NCBI GenBank assembly: GCA_965216325.1
Contig: OZ244160.1
Span: 928,001 to 992,000 of the forward strand
Length of the DNA stretch: 64,000 nt
Origin: Coraliomargarita sp.
Lineage (GTDB): Bacteria; Verrucomicrobiota; Verrucomicrobiia; Opitutales; Coraliomargaritaceae
Direction: 5' to 3'
Numbering within the stretch: position 1 is the first letter of the stretch; every line of letters starts with the position of its first letter. Under the pieces are notes generated by a model. That model saw only the letters and a program-made list of their open reading frames with translations. It was not told where the DNA came from and did not search any database. This document shows positions 45,003 to 54,875 of this stretch, in pieces. A program made the translations under genes and the position numbers.

Positions 45003-46853
45003 TTAATGTAACTCCAAGTCGTCCATCATGTGTTGGGCGAGTTTGTATGCGATGTCGTCGTTCTTGTTGTTGAGCTCCTTGAAGAGTGTTTGCACTCGGT
45101 GTTCGCCTCGCTTGCAGAGGTAACGGGTGATCTCCAATGCGCGGTCAATGCGTTGATGTTCTTTGTGATCAATGAGTGACTGGGTATAGGCACAGGCGGC
45201 GGACATGGCGAAGAGTTCTGCACCGATTTCGACCAGCCGGCCGAGCAGCAGTTGCTTCTGTTCCAGCTTTGGACCATAGTGCACCATGTTATGGAAGATC
45301 GCACGGCTGAGGTGGCGGCTCATCTGACCGATGTGTAGCAATTCGACGTGCAGCTGTGAATGAAGTTCACCCGTGTCGTGCACGCCATCAGGAATCCAAC
45401 GCGATGGATACCATTTGGTGTAGTGCCATGCGGCGTGGGCACCGGCACGAAGTCGATCGCCGGTGGGTTGACGTGTGTCGAGCGCAGCACCGCCTTCACG
45501 TAGGTGCGGATCGAGCATTTCACGGGCGATGAAGAGGCGCATGATTTCGCTGGAGCCTTCGAAGATACGGTTGATGCGGCAGTCGCGCATCATGCGCTCA
45601 ATTGGATCGGCCTTTTGGCCACGTGCTTTCAATGAGTCGGCTGTCTCATAACCACGGCCGCCTTTGATTTGCATCGTTTCGTCGACAGTCTTCCACGCGG
45701 CTTCAGTGCCCCAGAGTTTTGCGAGCGCGGCCTCGAGACGGATGTCCGCCTTCTTGTTGGCATCGACGAGTGCGGAGGTGTAAAGCACCATGGCTTCGGT
45801 GGCGAATGCATCAGCTGCCATGTCGGCAAGTTTGGCGGCGATGGCGGCGTGTTGCCCGATGGGCTTACCCCATTGGCGGCGTTGTTTACTCCAGCGCAAG
45901 CTGATGTCCAAGCAGCGGTGCATCATACCGCTGCAGGCTGCGGGAAGCGTGAGGCGCCCGGTGTTGAGTGTGGTGAGCGCGACCTTCAAACCTTTGCCGA
46001 CTTCGTGCACGACGTTCTCGATCGGGATCTTCACATCGGTAAAGCGGATCACACCGTTATACAGTGCACGTAGGCCCATGAAGTGGCAGCGGCGAACCTT
46101 CTCGACGCCGGGCATGTTCATGTCGACGATGAAGGCTGTGGTGGCCATCTTGTTTTCGAGCATGGGTGTGCGTGCCATCACAATGATGTGTGAGGCGAGG
46201 ATGCCATTGGTGCACCAGAGTTTTTCACCGTTTAAGATGAAGTGTTTGCCGTCTTGGGTGGGCACCGCAGTGGTGGTCATTTTGGACGGATCGGAACCGA
46301 CGTCTTCTTCGGTCAGGGCAAAGGCAGATATTTTTCCCTGTGCATACTCGCGCAGGTAGCGCGCTTTTTGTGCTTCGTTACCGAAGAGGATTAAGGGCTG
46401 TGGCACTCCGATTGATTGGTGCGCGGAGAGCAAGGCAGTGAGGTTTCCGCAATGTTGCCCAAGCTGCATGGCTGCCCGCGAATAATTGGTTTGTGAGAGA
46501 CCGAGTCCGCCGAAGCGGCGTGGTATTTTGATCGCAAATGCGCCCAACTTTGCGAGTCCATTGAGCACCTCATTCGGGATTTCACCATCGCGGTCGATTT
46601 GGTCGGGGTCGGTCTGTTCGTTGAGGAAGTCGCCGAGGCGCTCGAGGAAGGCATCGCCCTGATGACGATCGTTACTGTCTTGTTGTGGGAATGGCAGTAG
46701 GTGATTGAACTCTGGCTTGCCTGCAAACAGTGAGGCAGCAAAGCCGCTAAGTGCGCGTTGATCACGCGAGCCTTCGGCGACTTCGATGGCGCGGCGCTGG
46801 CCGCTATTCATACGGGAGGTGTCGATCCCGGGCTGAGTGCTTTCTAGTTTCAT
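45003..46853 (-). CDS. fadE: Acyl-CoA dehydrogenase (FadE/VLCAD-like)
   Basis: AHQSIG, AFALTE..GSD, LNGEKLWCTNG, GGRGYE and RIFEGSSEI motifs. Confidence 0.9.
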   Translation of the reverse strand: MKLESTQPGIDTSRMNSGQRRAIEVAEGSRDQRALSGFAASLFAGKPEFNHLLPFPQQDSNDRHQGDAFLERLGDFLNEQTDPDQIDRDGEIPNEVLNGLAKLGAFAIKIPRRFGGLGLSQTNYSRAAMQLGQHCGNLTALLSAHQSIGVPQPLILFGNEAQKARYLREYAQGKISAFALTEEDVGSDPSKMTTTAVPTQDGKHFILNGEKLWCTNGILASHIIVMARTPMLENKMATTAFIVDMNMPGVEKVRRCHFMGLRALYNGVIRFTDVKIPIENVVHEVGKGLKVALTTLNTGRLTLPAACSGMMHRCLDISLRWSKQRRQWGKPIGQHAAIAAKLADMAADAFATEAMVLYTSALVDANKKADIRLEAALAKLWGTEAAWKTVDETMQIKGGRGYETADSLKARGQKADPIERMMRDCRINRIFEGSSEIMRLFIAREMLDPHLREGGAALDTRQPTGDRLRAGAHAAWHYTKWYPSRWIPDGVHDTGELHSQLHVELLHIGQMSRHLSRAIFHNMVHYGPKLEQKQLLLGRLVEIGAELFAMSAACAYTQSLIDHKEHQRIDRALEITRYLCKRGEHRVQTLFKELNNKNDDIAYKLAQHMMDDLELH

Positions 46854-46980
46854 GGTGGGAGGGGAGTTGGGATTGGTCGAAAGTGTATTCACACTTCCGC
46901 TACGGAAGGTAGGCTGTAGAGGAATTGCGACGCAGTTTCTAATTCTGGGAGTGGTCTAATAGATCGCTTAGTTGATTTGT

Positions 46981-49002
46981 TTAACTGGCGAGACGCTCGT
47001 CCGATCCGTCCAGATAAAAGCCTGGGCGAATGAGTTGTTCGTCGTCAGAGTAATGAAGCGGTCCACCGCGGAAGGGTGCGTAGCCGGTACCCATGACCAT
47101 CGCAAAATCGATGTCGGAGGCGTGCTCGACGATGCCTTCATCGAGACAGCGGGCTGCTTCATCGGACATGAGGTAGGCTAAGTGGCCGGCGATATCGCTC
47201 ATGCTAGCGCTCGTCTTCGAGCGGAGTGCTTTGGCATCGGGGTTCGGTTTCGCATGGGTGCCGTCGTATTGGTAGAAGCCCTTGCCGGCTTTGCGGCCGA
47301 GCAGGCCTTCGTTGAGCATGCGTTGCAGAATTTCCGGCACGGCCATGTGATCCGGGAATGCCGCTGCGAGGGTCTCGGCAACATGGGCAGCTACATCGAG
47401 ACCGACTTCATCGATCAAGCGCAGTGGGCCCATCGGCATGCCGAAGTCCAACATCGCCTCGTCGATCTGGACCAAGTCGATACCTTGATCGAAGAGTTTC
47501 CCAGCTTCGACCAAGTAAGGCAGCAGGATACGGTTGACGAGGAAGCCGGGCGAATCTTTGACCACCACCGGAATCTTGCCGATGCGTTGGACGAAGGCAA
47601 TCGCATCGGCGAGGGTTTGCTCGGAGGTGAGTTCACTGCGCACGACTTCGACGAGTTTCATGCGGTGCACTGGATTGAAGAAGTGTATGCCAACCAGGCG
47701 TGCCGGATTGGCGACGACCTCAGCGAGGTGGCGAATCGGCAGGGCCGAGGTGTTGGTGGCTAGGACAGTTTCCAAGCTACAACGATTGGAGAGTTCGGCG
47801 AAGATTTGTTGTTTGATCATCAGGTCTTCGGAGGCGGCTTCGATGATGAGGTCGTGATGCTGCAATGGCACGGAGCTATGGGCTGTCAGAATGCGATCCA
47901 AGCCGTTGCGTGCCTGCGTGCGACTTAGGAGATGACGTCCCACGGCATGCTGGTATTGGCGTTCAATCCGCTGCATGCCTTTAGCGAGGGCGTTATTATT
48001 GACATCCTGCATGAGCACATCATAGCCGCGTGTGCTCAGCCAGTAGCTGATACCACTGCCCATGACCCCCGCACCAATGACTGCGGGGTGCTGTAGATCG
48101 CGGCGATCAGTGTTGTCGATTTTGAGTTTACGTGCGCGTTCGTTGAGGAAGAAGAGTTCCAGCAAACGATGGGTCTCTGGTTGTGAGACCAATTCGATGA
48201 TGGCGGTTTCTTCCTCGCGGAAGCTCTTTTCTTTGGATTGGCAAACACTGTGGCAGGCGAGCTTGAGCGCACGCATGAGTGCGGGATAGTGGCCACGGGT
48301 AGTCTTCAATAAATCCTGCATGGCTTTGCGCTCGACGAGATTCGCCGAGAGCTTGTTGTGCGACCAGTGGTGTGGTTCGGGTGGGCGCTTGCCTTTCTTT
48401 AGATACTCCCGGCAGTATTCTTCGAGATGCGCGGCCGGCACAAGGTCGTCGATTAAGCCTTTATGCTTGGCGGCTTTAGCGCCCATGACTTTACCTCCGA
48501 GGAGTAGTGGCAGTGCGGCGGGCAGGCCCAGTAAGCGAGGGAGTCGTGTGGTGCCACCCCAGGCTGGCAGGATGCCGAGTTTGGTTTCGGGCAGGCCGAC
48601 TTTGGTGCATGCATCGTCGGAGGCCACGCGCCAGTCACAGGCGAGCGCCAGCTCATAGCCGCCACCAAGGCAGGCGCCATGAATCGCAGCGATTGTGGGG
48701 ATTTCCAGTTCTTCGAGCTGGGTGAAGACTCTGTGTCCAAGATCAATTAAATGTGCGAGTTCTCCCGGAGGAGCGGACTCCAGTGTTTTGATATCTGCGC
48801 CGGCGACAAAGATTTTGGGCTTCGCCGAGCGAATCAGTAGGGCGTTTACGGATACAGTACGTATCTGATTCAGACGCAGTTGTAGCTCTTCCAAGGTCGT
48901 TCGATCGAAGAGGTTGGCACGTGCCTGTTCACGGTCAAAGGTCAGGGTGGCCAAGTTATCTTCGATAGCGAGTTGGATATTATGGCTGCGTTGCGTCTTC
49001 AT
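46981..49002 (-). CDS. fadJ: Fatty-acid oxidation complex alpha subunit (hydratase/3-hydroxyacyl-CoA dehydrogenase)
   Basis: AGADI, GGGYELALAC, GAGVMG, TNTSAL, HFFNP and PMGP motifs. Confidence 0.9.
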   Translation of the reverse strand: MKTQRSHNIQLAIEDNLATLTFDREQARANLFDRTTLEELQLRLNQIRTVSVNALLIRSAKPKIFVAGADIKTLESAPPGELAHLIDLGHRVFTQLEELEIPTIAAIHGACLGGGYELALACDWRVASDDACTKVGLPETKLGILPAWGGTTRLPRLLGLPAALPLLLGGKVMGAKAAKHKGLIDDLVPAAHLEEYCREYLKKGKRPPEPHHWSHNKLSANLVERKAMQDLLKTTRGHYPALMRALKLACHSVCQSKEKSFREEETAIIELVSQPETHRLLELFFLNERARKLKIDNTDRRDLQHPAVIGAGVMGSGISYWLSTRGYDVLMQDVNNNALAKGMQRIERQYQHAVGRHLLSRTQARNGLDRILTAHSSVPLQHHDLIIEAASEDLMIKQQIFAELSNRCSLETVLATNTSALPIRHLAEVVANPARLVGIHFFNPVHRMKLVEVVRSELTSEQTLADAIAFVQRIGKIPVVVKDSPGFLVNRILLPYLVEAGKLFDQGIDLVQIDEAMLDFGMPMGPLRLIDEVGLDVAAHVAETLAAAFPDHMAVPEILQRMLNEGLLGRKAGKGFYQYDGTHAKPNPDAKALRSKTSASMSDIAGHLAYLMSDEAARCLDEGIVEHASDIDFAMVMGTGYAPFRGGPLHYSDDEQLIRPGFYLDGSDERLAS

Positions 49003-49035
49003 GATTTTTGGGATTTGGGGATGTCGATAATGGTT

Positions 49036-50307
49036 TTAGGGACGTTCGAACCAGAGGGCTGCGCCTTGTCCGCCACCGACACAGAGTGTGGTGAGTGCAT
49101 AGCGGCCTCTGATATCTTGAAGTTGTTTGAGAGCGGTAAGAATGAGGCGTGCACCGGTTGCGCCGACTGGGTGGCCGAGTGCGATGGAGCCACCTTGGCG
49201 ATTAAGTTTTTCATCCGGGATTTCTCCGAGTGGCATATCCAAGCCGGCCTTACTCGAGTATTGCGCATCACGCAGGCCTTTCAGCACGGCGAGTACTTGC
49301 GCGGCGAAGGCTTCGTTGATTTCGACCAGGCTGGCATCTTCGAGCGTGAGGCCAGTTTGCGCATTGGCGGCTTGGATCGCTTTGACCGGGCCTAGGCCCA
49401 TACGTTTTGGATCGCAACCAGTGTAAGCGTAGCCGACTAGTTTGCCGAGTGGTTGAATCCCGAGTTGCTCAGCACGCGCTTCGGTTGCAACCAGTAGTGC
49501 GACCGCACCGTCTGTGATCTGTGATGAGTTCCCGGCGGTAACGGTTCCCGTCTTGGTTTCGAAGACGGGTTTGAGTTGGCTGAGCTTATCCAGCGAGGAG
49601 TCTTCGCGTATACCATTATCGGTTTCAATGCTGTTGCCGTCATGGTGAACAGCATCGACTTCCCGGTTGAGCGCAGTGCGTGCGAGTCGTGCTTTCTGGT
49701 GTGACCAGTTGGCAAAAGCATCTTGTGACTCGCGTGTGATATCGAATTCATTGGCGAGGACTTCGGCGGTTTCACCCATGTTTAAACCTGAGACGGGATC
49801 GCTTAAGCCTAAGCGTAGGCCGACCAGTGGTGAGAAATCGGATGGACGGAAATGTGCGAGTGAAAGCACGCGTTCTTTCACGCTTTTGGCGTGCGCCAGT
49901 TCAGAGAATTTCTCGACCGCAGAGTGGCGGTAGAGTAGCGGGTAGTTACTCATGCTTTCGGTGCCGCCGACAACAAAGAGTTCGCCCATGCCAGCCGCTG
50001 CGCGCTGATGTGCGCAGGTGAGCGCTTCCATGCCGGATGCACAGTTGCGGTGCACCGTGGCTGCGGGCACATGTGTGGGCACGCCGGCGCGCAGGGCAAT
50101 GACTCTGGACAGGTTGACCGCGTCGGCCGGCTGTCCAACACAGCCGAAGATGACTTCGTCCAGTTCGCCGGGGTCGATGCCAGTCTGTGTGAGCAGTGAG
50201 GCTACGGCATGGCGACCGAGGTCGCCGGCGCTCAGTTCGGCGAGGTCGGTTCCGAGTCGTGAGAACGGCGTTCGCACGCCAGCGATGATAACGAGTGGTG
50301 TATTCAT
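49036..50307 (-). CDS. fadI: Acetyl-CoA C-acyltransferase (thiolase)
   Basis: NCASG, NEAFA, GHPVGATG and LCVGGG motifs. Confidence 0.9.
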   Translation of the reverse strand: MNTPLVIIAGVRTPFSRLGTDLAELSAGDLGRHAVASLLTQTGIDPGELDEVIFGCVGQPADAVNLSRVIALRAGVPTHVPAATVHRNCASGMEALTCAHQRAAAGMGELFVVGGTESMSNYPLLYRHSAVEKFSELAHAKSVKERVLSLAHFRPSDFSPLVGLRLGLSDPVSGLNMGETAEVLANEFDITRESQDAFANWSHQKARLARTALNREVDAVHHDGNSIETDNGIREDSSLDKLSQLKPVFETKTGTVTAGNSSQITDGAVALLVATEARAEQLGIQPLGKLVGYAYTGCDPKRMGLGPVKAIQAANAQTGLTLEDASLVEINEAFAAQVLAVLKGLRDAQYSSKAGLDMPLGEIPDEKLNRQGGSIALGHPVGATGARLILTALKQLQDIRGRYALTTLCVGGGQGAALWFERP

Positions 50308-51767
50308 GAGTCTGATACGTCGGGTCGATGGTCTACAATTTTCTCTTCTTTCAATTTTTCACCGACGCCTTGCAGGCGGCGCATTTCCTTCCAGCTGTGG
50401 AATTCAATGGCATCGGGTGTGATTTCCATGAGCTCATGGAATCGATTGCGGATGCGTTTTTCGGTGCGGTCGATTGGTCGATCACCTGTGCGGACTGCAT
50501 GCACGATCAGTTCGTCGAGCTCGTTTGGGTCGTCGTTGCGCTTGCGGAGTTCAAGCTGCCAAGTGCCAATGTCGGGAATGTTATCGATCAGATGCTCAAG
50601 CGCGTTGAAGTCGACCATGGTGCCTTTGATCTTGTCCAAATGTAGGCGGTGTATGTCCGAGACACGCGAGATGTGGCCCACGAGCCGCGGGCAGGTACGC
50701 CCGCAATGTGGACATGGCTCGTGGGTCAGTCCGCCATCGATCTGGTCGCCGGTGCGGTATCGGAGCACTGTGGTGCCGCGGGCGTCGAGTTGGGTGAACA
50801 CGATTTCCCCGCTATGACCGTCGGGCACGCGTTCGCCGCTCTCCGGATCGATGACTTCGACAAATCCCATGTCTGGATAGAGGTGGAAGCCGCTGGAGGT
50901 TTCGCCCCACTCAAGTGGGCACTCGGTCCAGGCCATTTTGGCTTCGGTAAATCCATAGGTGGCGAGAATGCGTGTATCCGGTGCGCCGAGCGAACCACAG
51001 AGCTCGTGGAGCTTCTTGCGCATCCCATCGGGAACTTTTTCGCCACCGAGTACGATGTTGCGCAATTCGGGCATCTGCATGCCGCTGATCGCTGCTTCCT
51101 GTAAGAGGTGATAGAGGAAGGTGGGCATCGCGATGATGTTACTGGGCTTGATCTTGGAGATCATCCGCAGGTTGCCATCGGTGCCCATGGTCTTGCCGCC
51201 TCCGGTGGATAGCACAAAGGTGGTATAGCCGAGCCCGGCATAGTGGGCCTGCCAAAAGGCGAGATGCGGCGCGAAGGGAAAGGCGTTGAGGTGACGATCT
51301 TCAGGCTGGGCCTGGCAGATTTCCATCAGGCGCTGACCGCTTGCTTCCAAGCGTGTTAGGTCATGCTTGGTATAGAAAAAGGGCACGGGGTCGGCCGAGC
51401 GCCCCGTCGTGCTGGTCATGAGAACCGGGCGTAGTTCGTCTTCCAAGATACGCCTCGCGCCTTTGGGGCCATGTTCCAGTGCCAGCTGTATGGTGTGCCA
51501 TTGATGGTGCAGGCGCTTCTCCTCAGGGATAATGATAAAGTCACGGGGCGTTTTAAAATCGCGCTTGCGGGTGAAGGGGACTTTGACGAGGTCGTCGGTT
51601 GTCTTGATATCGTCGGCAGTCAGTCCGGCCTCGTCAAAGAGTGTGCGGTAGTGTTTCGCAAACGGCAGGACGCGTTGCTTTAGGAATTTATGCAGGAGCT
51701 GGCTCTGGCGATGCTGTTGCTCGTCATTCGACGCGTGCTCCCACCAGTTTCTCTGTAGAAGTTTCAT
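50304..51767 (-). CDS. PaaK-like (phenylacetate-CoA ligase family) AMP-forming enzyme
   Basis: TSTTGRS P-loop variant, GGEK, YGFTE and RYRTGD motifs. Confidence 0.8.
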   Translation of the reverse strand: MKLLQRNWWEHASNDEQQHRQSQLLHKFLKQRVLPFAKHYRTLFDEAGLTADDIKTTDDLVKVPFTRKRDFKTPRDFIIIPEEKRLHHQWHTIQLALEHGPKGARRILEDELRPVLMTSTTGRSADPVPFFYTKHDLTRLEASGQRLMEICQAQPEDRHLNAFPFAPHLAFWQAHYAGLGYTTFVLSTGGGKTMGTDGNLRMISKIKPSNIIAMPTFLYHLLQEAAISGMQMPELRNIVLGGEKVPDGMRKKLHELCGSLGAPDTRILATYGFTEAKMAWTECPLEWGETSSGFHLYPDMGFVEVIDPESGERVPDGHSGEIVFTQLDARGTTVLRYRTGDQIDGGLTHEPCPHCGRTCPRLVGHISRVSDIHRLHLDKIKGTMVDFNALEHLIDNIPDIGTWQLELRKRNDDPNELDELIVHAVRTGDRPIDRTEKRIRNRFHELMEITPDAIEFHSWKEMRRLQGVGEKLKEEKIVDHRPDVSDS

Positions 51768-52749
51768 GGGGCAGAGGGGCTTGTGTGTCTTGGGATTGCA
51801 TGAGTGCTTTGAGTTCGGGGAGCGCACGCTCAGCGGCGCGGCGACCGATATTGATGAAGTGCTTATACTCGTGGTAGTGGTGCCAGCTGCCCGTGCAGGA
51901 AATCGGACGGATGACGACGTCGGCTCGCTTGCAGGAAGCTTGAGCCATACGGACTTGTGAGGCTTTGAGCGCGCGGTTGATTGTGTGGATCACGTTACCT
52001 CGAGCCAAAAGATTGACGGGGTCGGTGAGTGTATGGAGCGCGCGCTTCCAAAAGCCGGGTTCTTCAGTGGGCTGCTTAATTTCACAGTGATCAATTTCCT
52101 CCAGGGTGGGGATCGTGGTTACGGCGATGGTGAAGTCGACGTCCGCATATTTAGTGAGCACCGTGACCGGAATCGGGTCCACGACACCACCATCCATGAG
52201 ACGGCGCCCTTGATGTTTTACCGGAACGATCATCCCGGGCATGGCGCAACTTGCGTGCACGGCATCGATCACACGACCCTTGTGAAACACGACGCGTTCA
52301 CTGGTGTCGACATCGGCTGCGACTACATAGAGTGGGCGTTCCAAACGCTTGAACTTGATGTCGCCGATGGAACGACGGAGGTGCTGTTTGACGCGCTTGC
52401 CTTTGAAAAGGCCCTTGGTTGGCGGGAAGGCTGGGTCCGTGAGGCCGCGTATGGCGCGTCGATCATGAATCTCAGCGGCGAGTGCCCCGAGTTGTGGGCC
52501 GCGATAGCCCGCGCACCAGAGTGCGCCGACATAGGCCCCCATGCTGGATCCTGCGACGGCATCGATGTGGATGTTGTTCTCTTCCAGCACCTGAATCACG
52601 CCGACATGCGCCAGACCTCTGGCACCTCCCGACGAGATCGCCAAGCCGATTCGTAGGGGACGCGGTGGCTTTGTTTCCGGCTGTGGGCTGACCTTGGATG
52701 CGCCTACTGAGGCGGTCCGATCCCCAAATAAACTGTGGCCAGATATCAT
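51724..52749 (-). CDS. Patatin-like phospholipase/esterase
   Basis: GGARG.AH.G, GSSMG and DGG motifs; AAGGAG RBS before ATG 52749. Confidence 0.9.
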   Translation of the reverse strand: MISGHSLFGDRTASVGASKVSPQPETKPPRPLRIGLAISSGGARGLAHVGVIQVLEENNIHIDAVAGSSMGAYVGALWCAGYRGPQLGALAAEIHDRRAIRGLTDPAFPPTKGLFKGKRVKQHLRRSIGDIKFKRLERPLYVVAADVDTSERVVFHKGRVIDAVHASCAMPGMIVPVKHQGRRLMDGGVVDPIPVTVLTKYADVDFTIAVTTIPTLEEIDHCEIKQPTEEPGFWKRALHTLTDPVNLLARGNVIHTINRALKASQVRMAQASCKRADVVIRPISCTGSWHHYHEYKHFINIGRRAAERALPELKALMQSQDTQAPLPHETSTEKLVGARVE

Positions 52750-53100
52750 CGTGTGCTCCTTACACATAGCGTATTGAAAACCCAGCCTTTTTCCAGTTTG
52801 GCGAGACGATATTCCAGCGCTTCGATGGCCTTAGTGGTAGTGCTTATCGTGCTTCGCGGTTTTAGGTGCTGTAGTTAATTTATGCTTGGCGAAGTTGATT
52901 TTCGGGCTAAATCGCCTCTTTGAGTCTCTCGGTCGAGCGGCAGATACAGCGCATCCGATAGTGAGTGACTCTGCAGCAGTGTGCTTCCAGCTACCTCATT
53001 CTGGACCAATTTGTACGCGGCAGGATACCGCTTCTACCTTGCTTGTCACCTTCGGCCTCGGTGCACAACGGGTTCAAAAAGTTGGGTTCTCGCTTGCAAT

Positions 53101-53135
53101 ATGATTAGGACGCTAATAATTAGGGGTCTAATCAT
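53101..53135. promoter_or_regulatory. Putative MarR operator: tandem ATTAG-N4-CTAAT boxes
   Basis: ATGATTAGgacgCTAAT-a-ATTAGgggtCTAATCAT, 10 bp before the marR ATG. Confidence 0.7.
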
Positions 53136-53145
53136 TAGCGTCCAT

Positions 53146-53679
53146 ATGAGCCAACCCATACTTTTGAAAGACCCGCCGCGCTACGAATGCTTCGTGGATG
53201 CGGCCAAGGAGTTTCCTGAACTCGACCCATCCGCGATGTATGCCTTTGTTACTTTACTGCATGCGCATGACACGGTGTGGAAGCAGAAGAGTGCGCATTT
53301 TGCGGAGAATGGCATTACCCAAGGGCGCTTCATGGTGATGATCATGTTGATGGAGAAAGAGGGCGAGGGCTGCCCGACCGTGCATACGCCTGCTGAGATC
53401 GCGGAACAGTTGCAGGTTACCCGTGCCTCGGTGACGGGTTTGTTGGACTCTTTAGAAAAGGACGCGTTTGTGCGTCGTGAGCCGGACCCGAATGACCGTC
53501 GTATGACATCGGTTTATCTGACTGAGAAAGGGCAGGCCTTTTTGGATGCTTTCTTGCCGCCGCATTTCTCGCTGATCACCAAACTGATGGGAGGTCTGAG
53601 TGTTAAAGAACGGGAAACTTTGGTCCGGCTGCTTAACAAACTCATCGAAGGGGTGCAGCATTGCCAACACGAGGCCTAA
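53146..53679 (+). CDS. MarR family transcriptional regulator
   Basis: VTRASVTGLLDSLEK...DRR...LTEKG winged-helix motif. Confidence 0.92.
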   Translation: MSQPILLKDPPRYECFVDAAKEFPELDPSAMYAFVTLLHAHDTVWKQKSAHFAENGITQGRFMVMIMLMEKEGEGCPTVHTPAEIAEQLQVTRASVTGLLDSLEKDAFVRREPDPNDRRMTSVYLTEKGQAFLDAFLPPHFSLITKLMGGLSVKERETLVRLLNKLIEGVQHCQHEA

Positions 53680-53721
53680 GGATCTCAGGATAACTTTGCT
53701 TAAGCTAAATTCATTTTCGTT

Positions 53722-54873
53722 ATGTCGCAGGAACAAAAACAAACAGCTTCAGGAGTCGTGGCCAAAACCGCTTTGACCATTTTTATTCTTATTGTGATCG
53801 TTGGTGCGATCGGAGGTCTCTTTTATACAAACATTGCCTCGATGGTGGCCGCGGGTGTGGAGCAAGGACCACCTCCGGTTTCGGTGGCGACTACGGATGT
53901 CTCTGAAATGGAGTGGCCAGTCGAATCGACTGCGATTGGTTCGATCTCAGCATTGAAGGGCGTGATTCTTTCGGTGGAGTCACCGGGTATCATCTCTGAA
54001 CTGAGTTTTAGGTCGGGTAAACCGGTTGAAGCCGGCACACAGCTCATTCAACTCGACGATCGTAGCGAGCAGGCAGAGCTCGAAGCGGCCAAGGCGGCCG
54101 AGGGACTGGCCAAGTTGAGTCTCGATCGCTCGCGTCAACTTTTGGAGCGCAAAACCATTTCGCAGGCAGAGTTTGATGCGGCGGATGCCGAGTATAAACA
54201 AGCTGTGGCGCAAGTTGCGAATGTCGAAGCCGTGATCGAAAAGAAGAAGCTGGTAGCTCCCTTTGACGGATTACTGGGCATTCGCCGTGTGAACGTCGGC
54301 CAGTATCTCAATCCGGGGGATGAAGTCGTGAGTTTGGTATCTCAAGATCCGATCAATGTGACCTTCTTCATGCCACAGAAGTCTTTGAGCTATTTGGAAA
54401 AGGGGCTTGAGGTTGAGGTAACCTCCGATGCCTTTCCAGGTCAGGCGATTACGGGTCAACTCGCAGCGCTGGAAGCACAAGTGGATGCATCGACGCGCAT
54501 GATTGAGGTGCAGGCCAAGTTGCCGAATCCGGATGGCCACTTGCGTGTGGGTATGTTTGTGAATGTGCGAATTGATAAAGCGCCTCCACGTGCAGTGCGT
54601 GCGGTTCCTGCCAGTTCGGTGCTCTACGCTTCGTATGGTAACTCGATCTATACGGTGACGCCTGCTGAGGGTGGTTCCGGTTATGCCGCCAGCCAGAAGT
54701 TTGTGAAACTCGGCGAACGCCGTGGCGACTTTGTGGAAGTGCTTGAAGGTCTCGAGTCCAATGATCGCGTGGTTACTGATGGTGCCTTCAAGTTATATCC
54801 CGGCGCAACGGTGGTTCTGCAAGACGAGCGCGCACCAGTCGCACAGCTTGAGCCGACCCCAGAGGATTCCTAA
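53722..54873 (+). CDS. RND efflux periplasmic adaptor
   Basis: Lipoyl/hairpin region, APFDGLLG, VD..TR and GMFV motifs. Confidence 0.92.
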   Translation: MSQEQKQTASGVVAKTALTIFILIVIVGAIGGLFYTNIASMVAAGVEQGPPPVSVATTDVSEMEWPVESTAIGSISALKGVILSVESPGIISELSFRSGKPVEAGTQLIQLDDRSEQAELEAAKAAEGLAKLSLDRSRQLLERKTISQAEFDAADAEYKQAVAQVANVEAVIEKKKLVAPFDGLLGIRRVNVGQYLNPGDEVVSLVSQDPINVTFFMPQKSLSYLEKGLEVEVTSDAFPGQAITGQLAALEAQVDASTRMIEVQAKLPNPDGHLRVGMFVNVRIDKAPPRAVRAVPASSVLYASYGNSIYTVTPAEGGSGYAASQKFVKLGERRGDFVEVLEGLESNDRVVTDGAFKLYPGATVVLQDERAPVAQLEPTPEDS

Positions 54874-54875
54874 GC

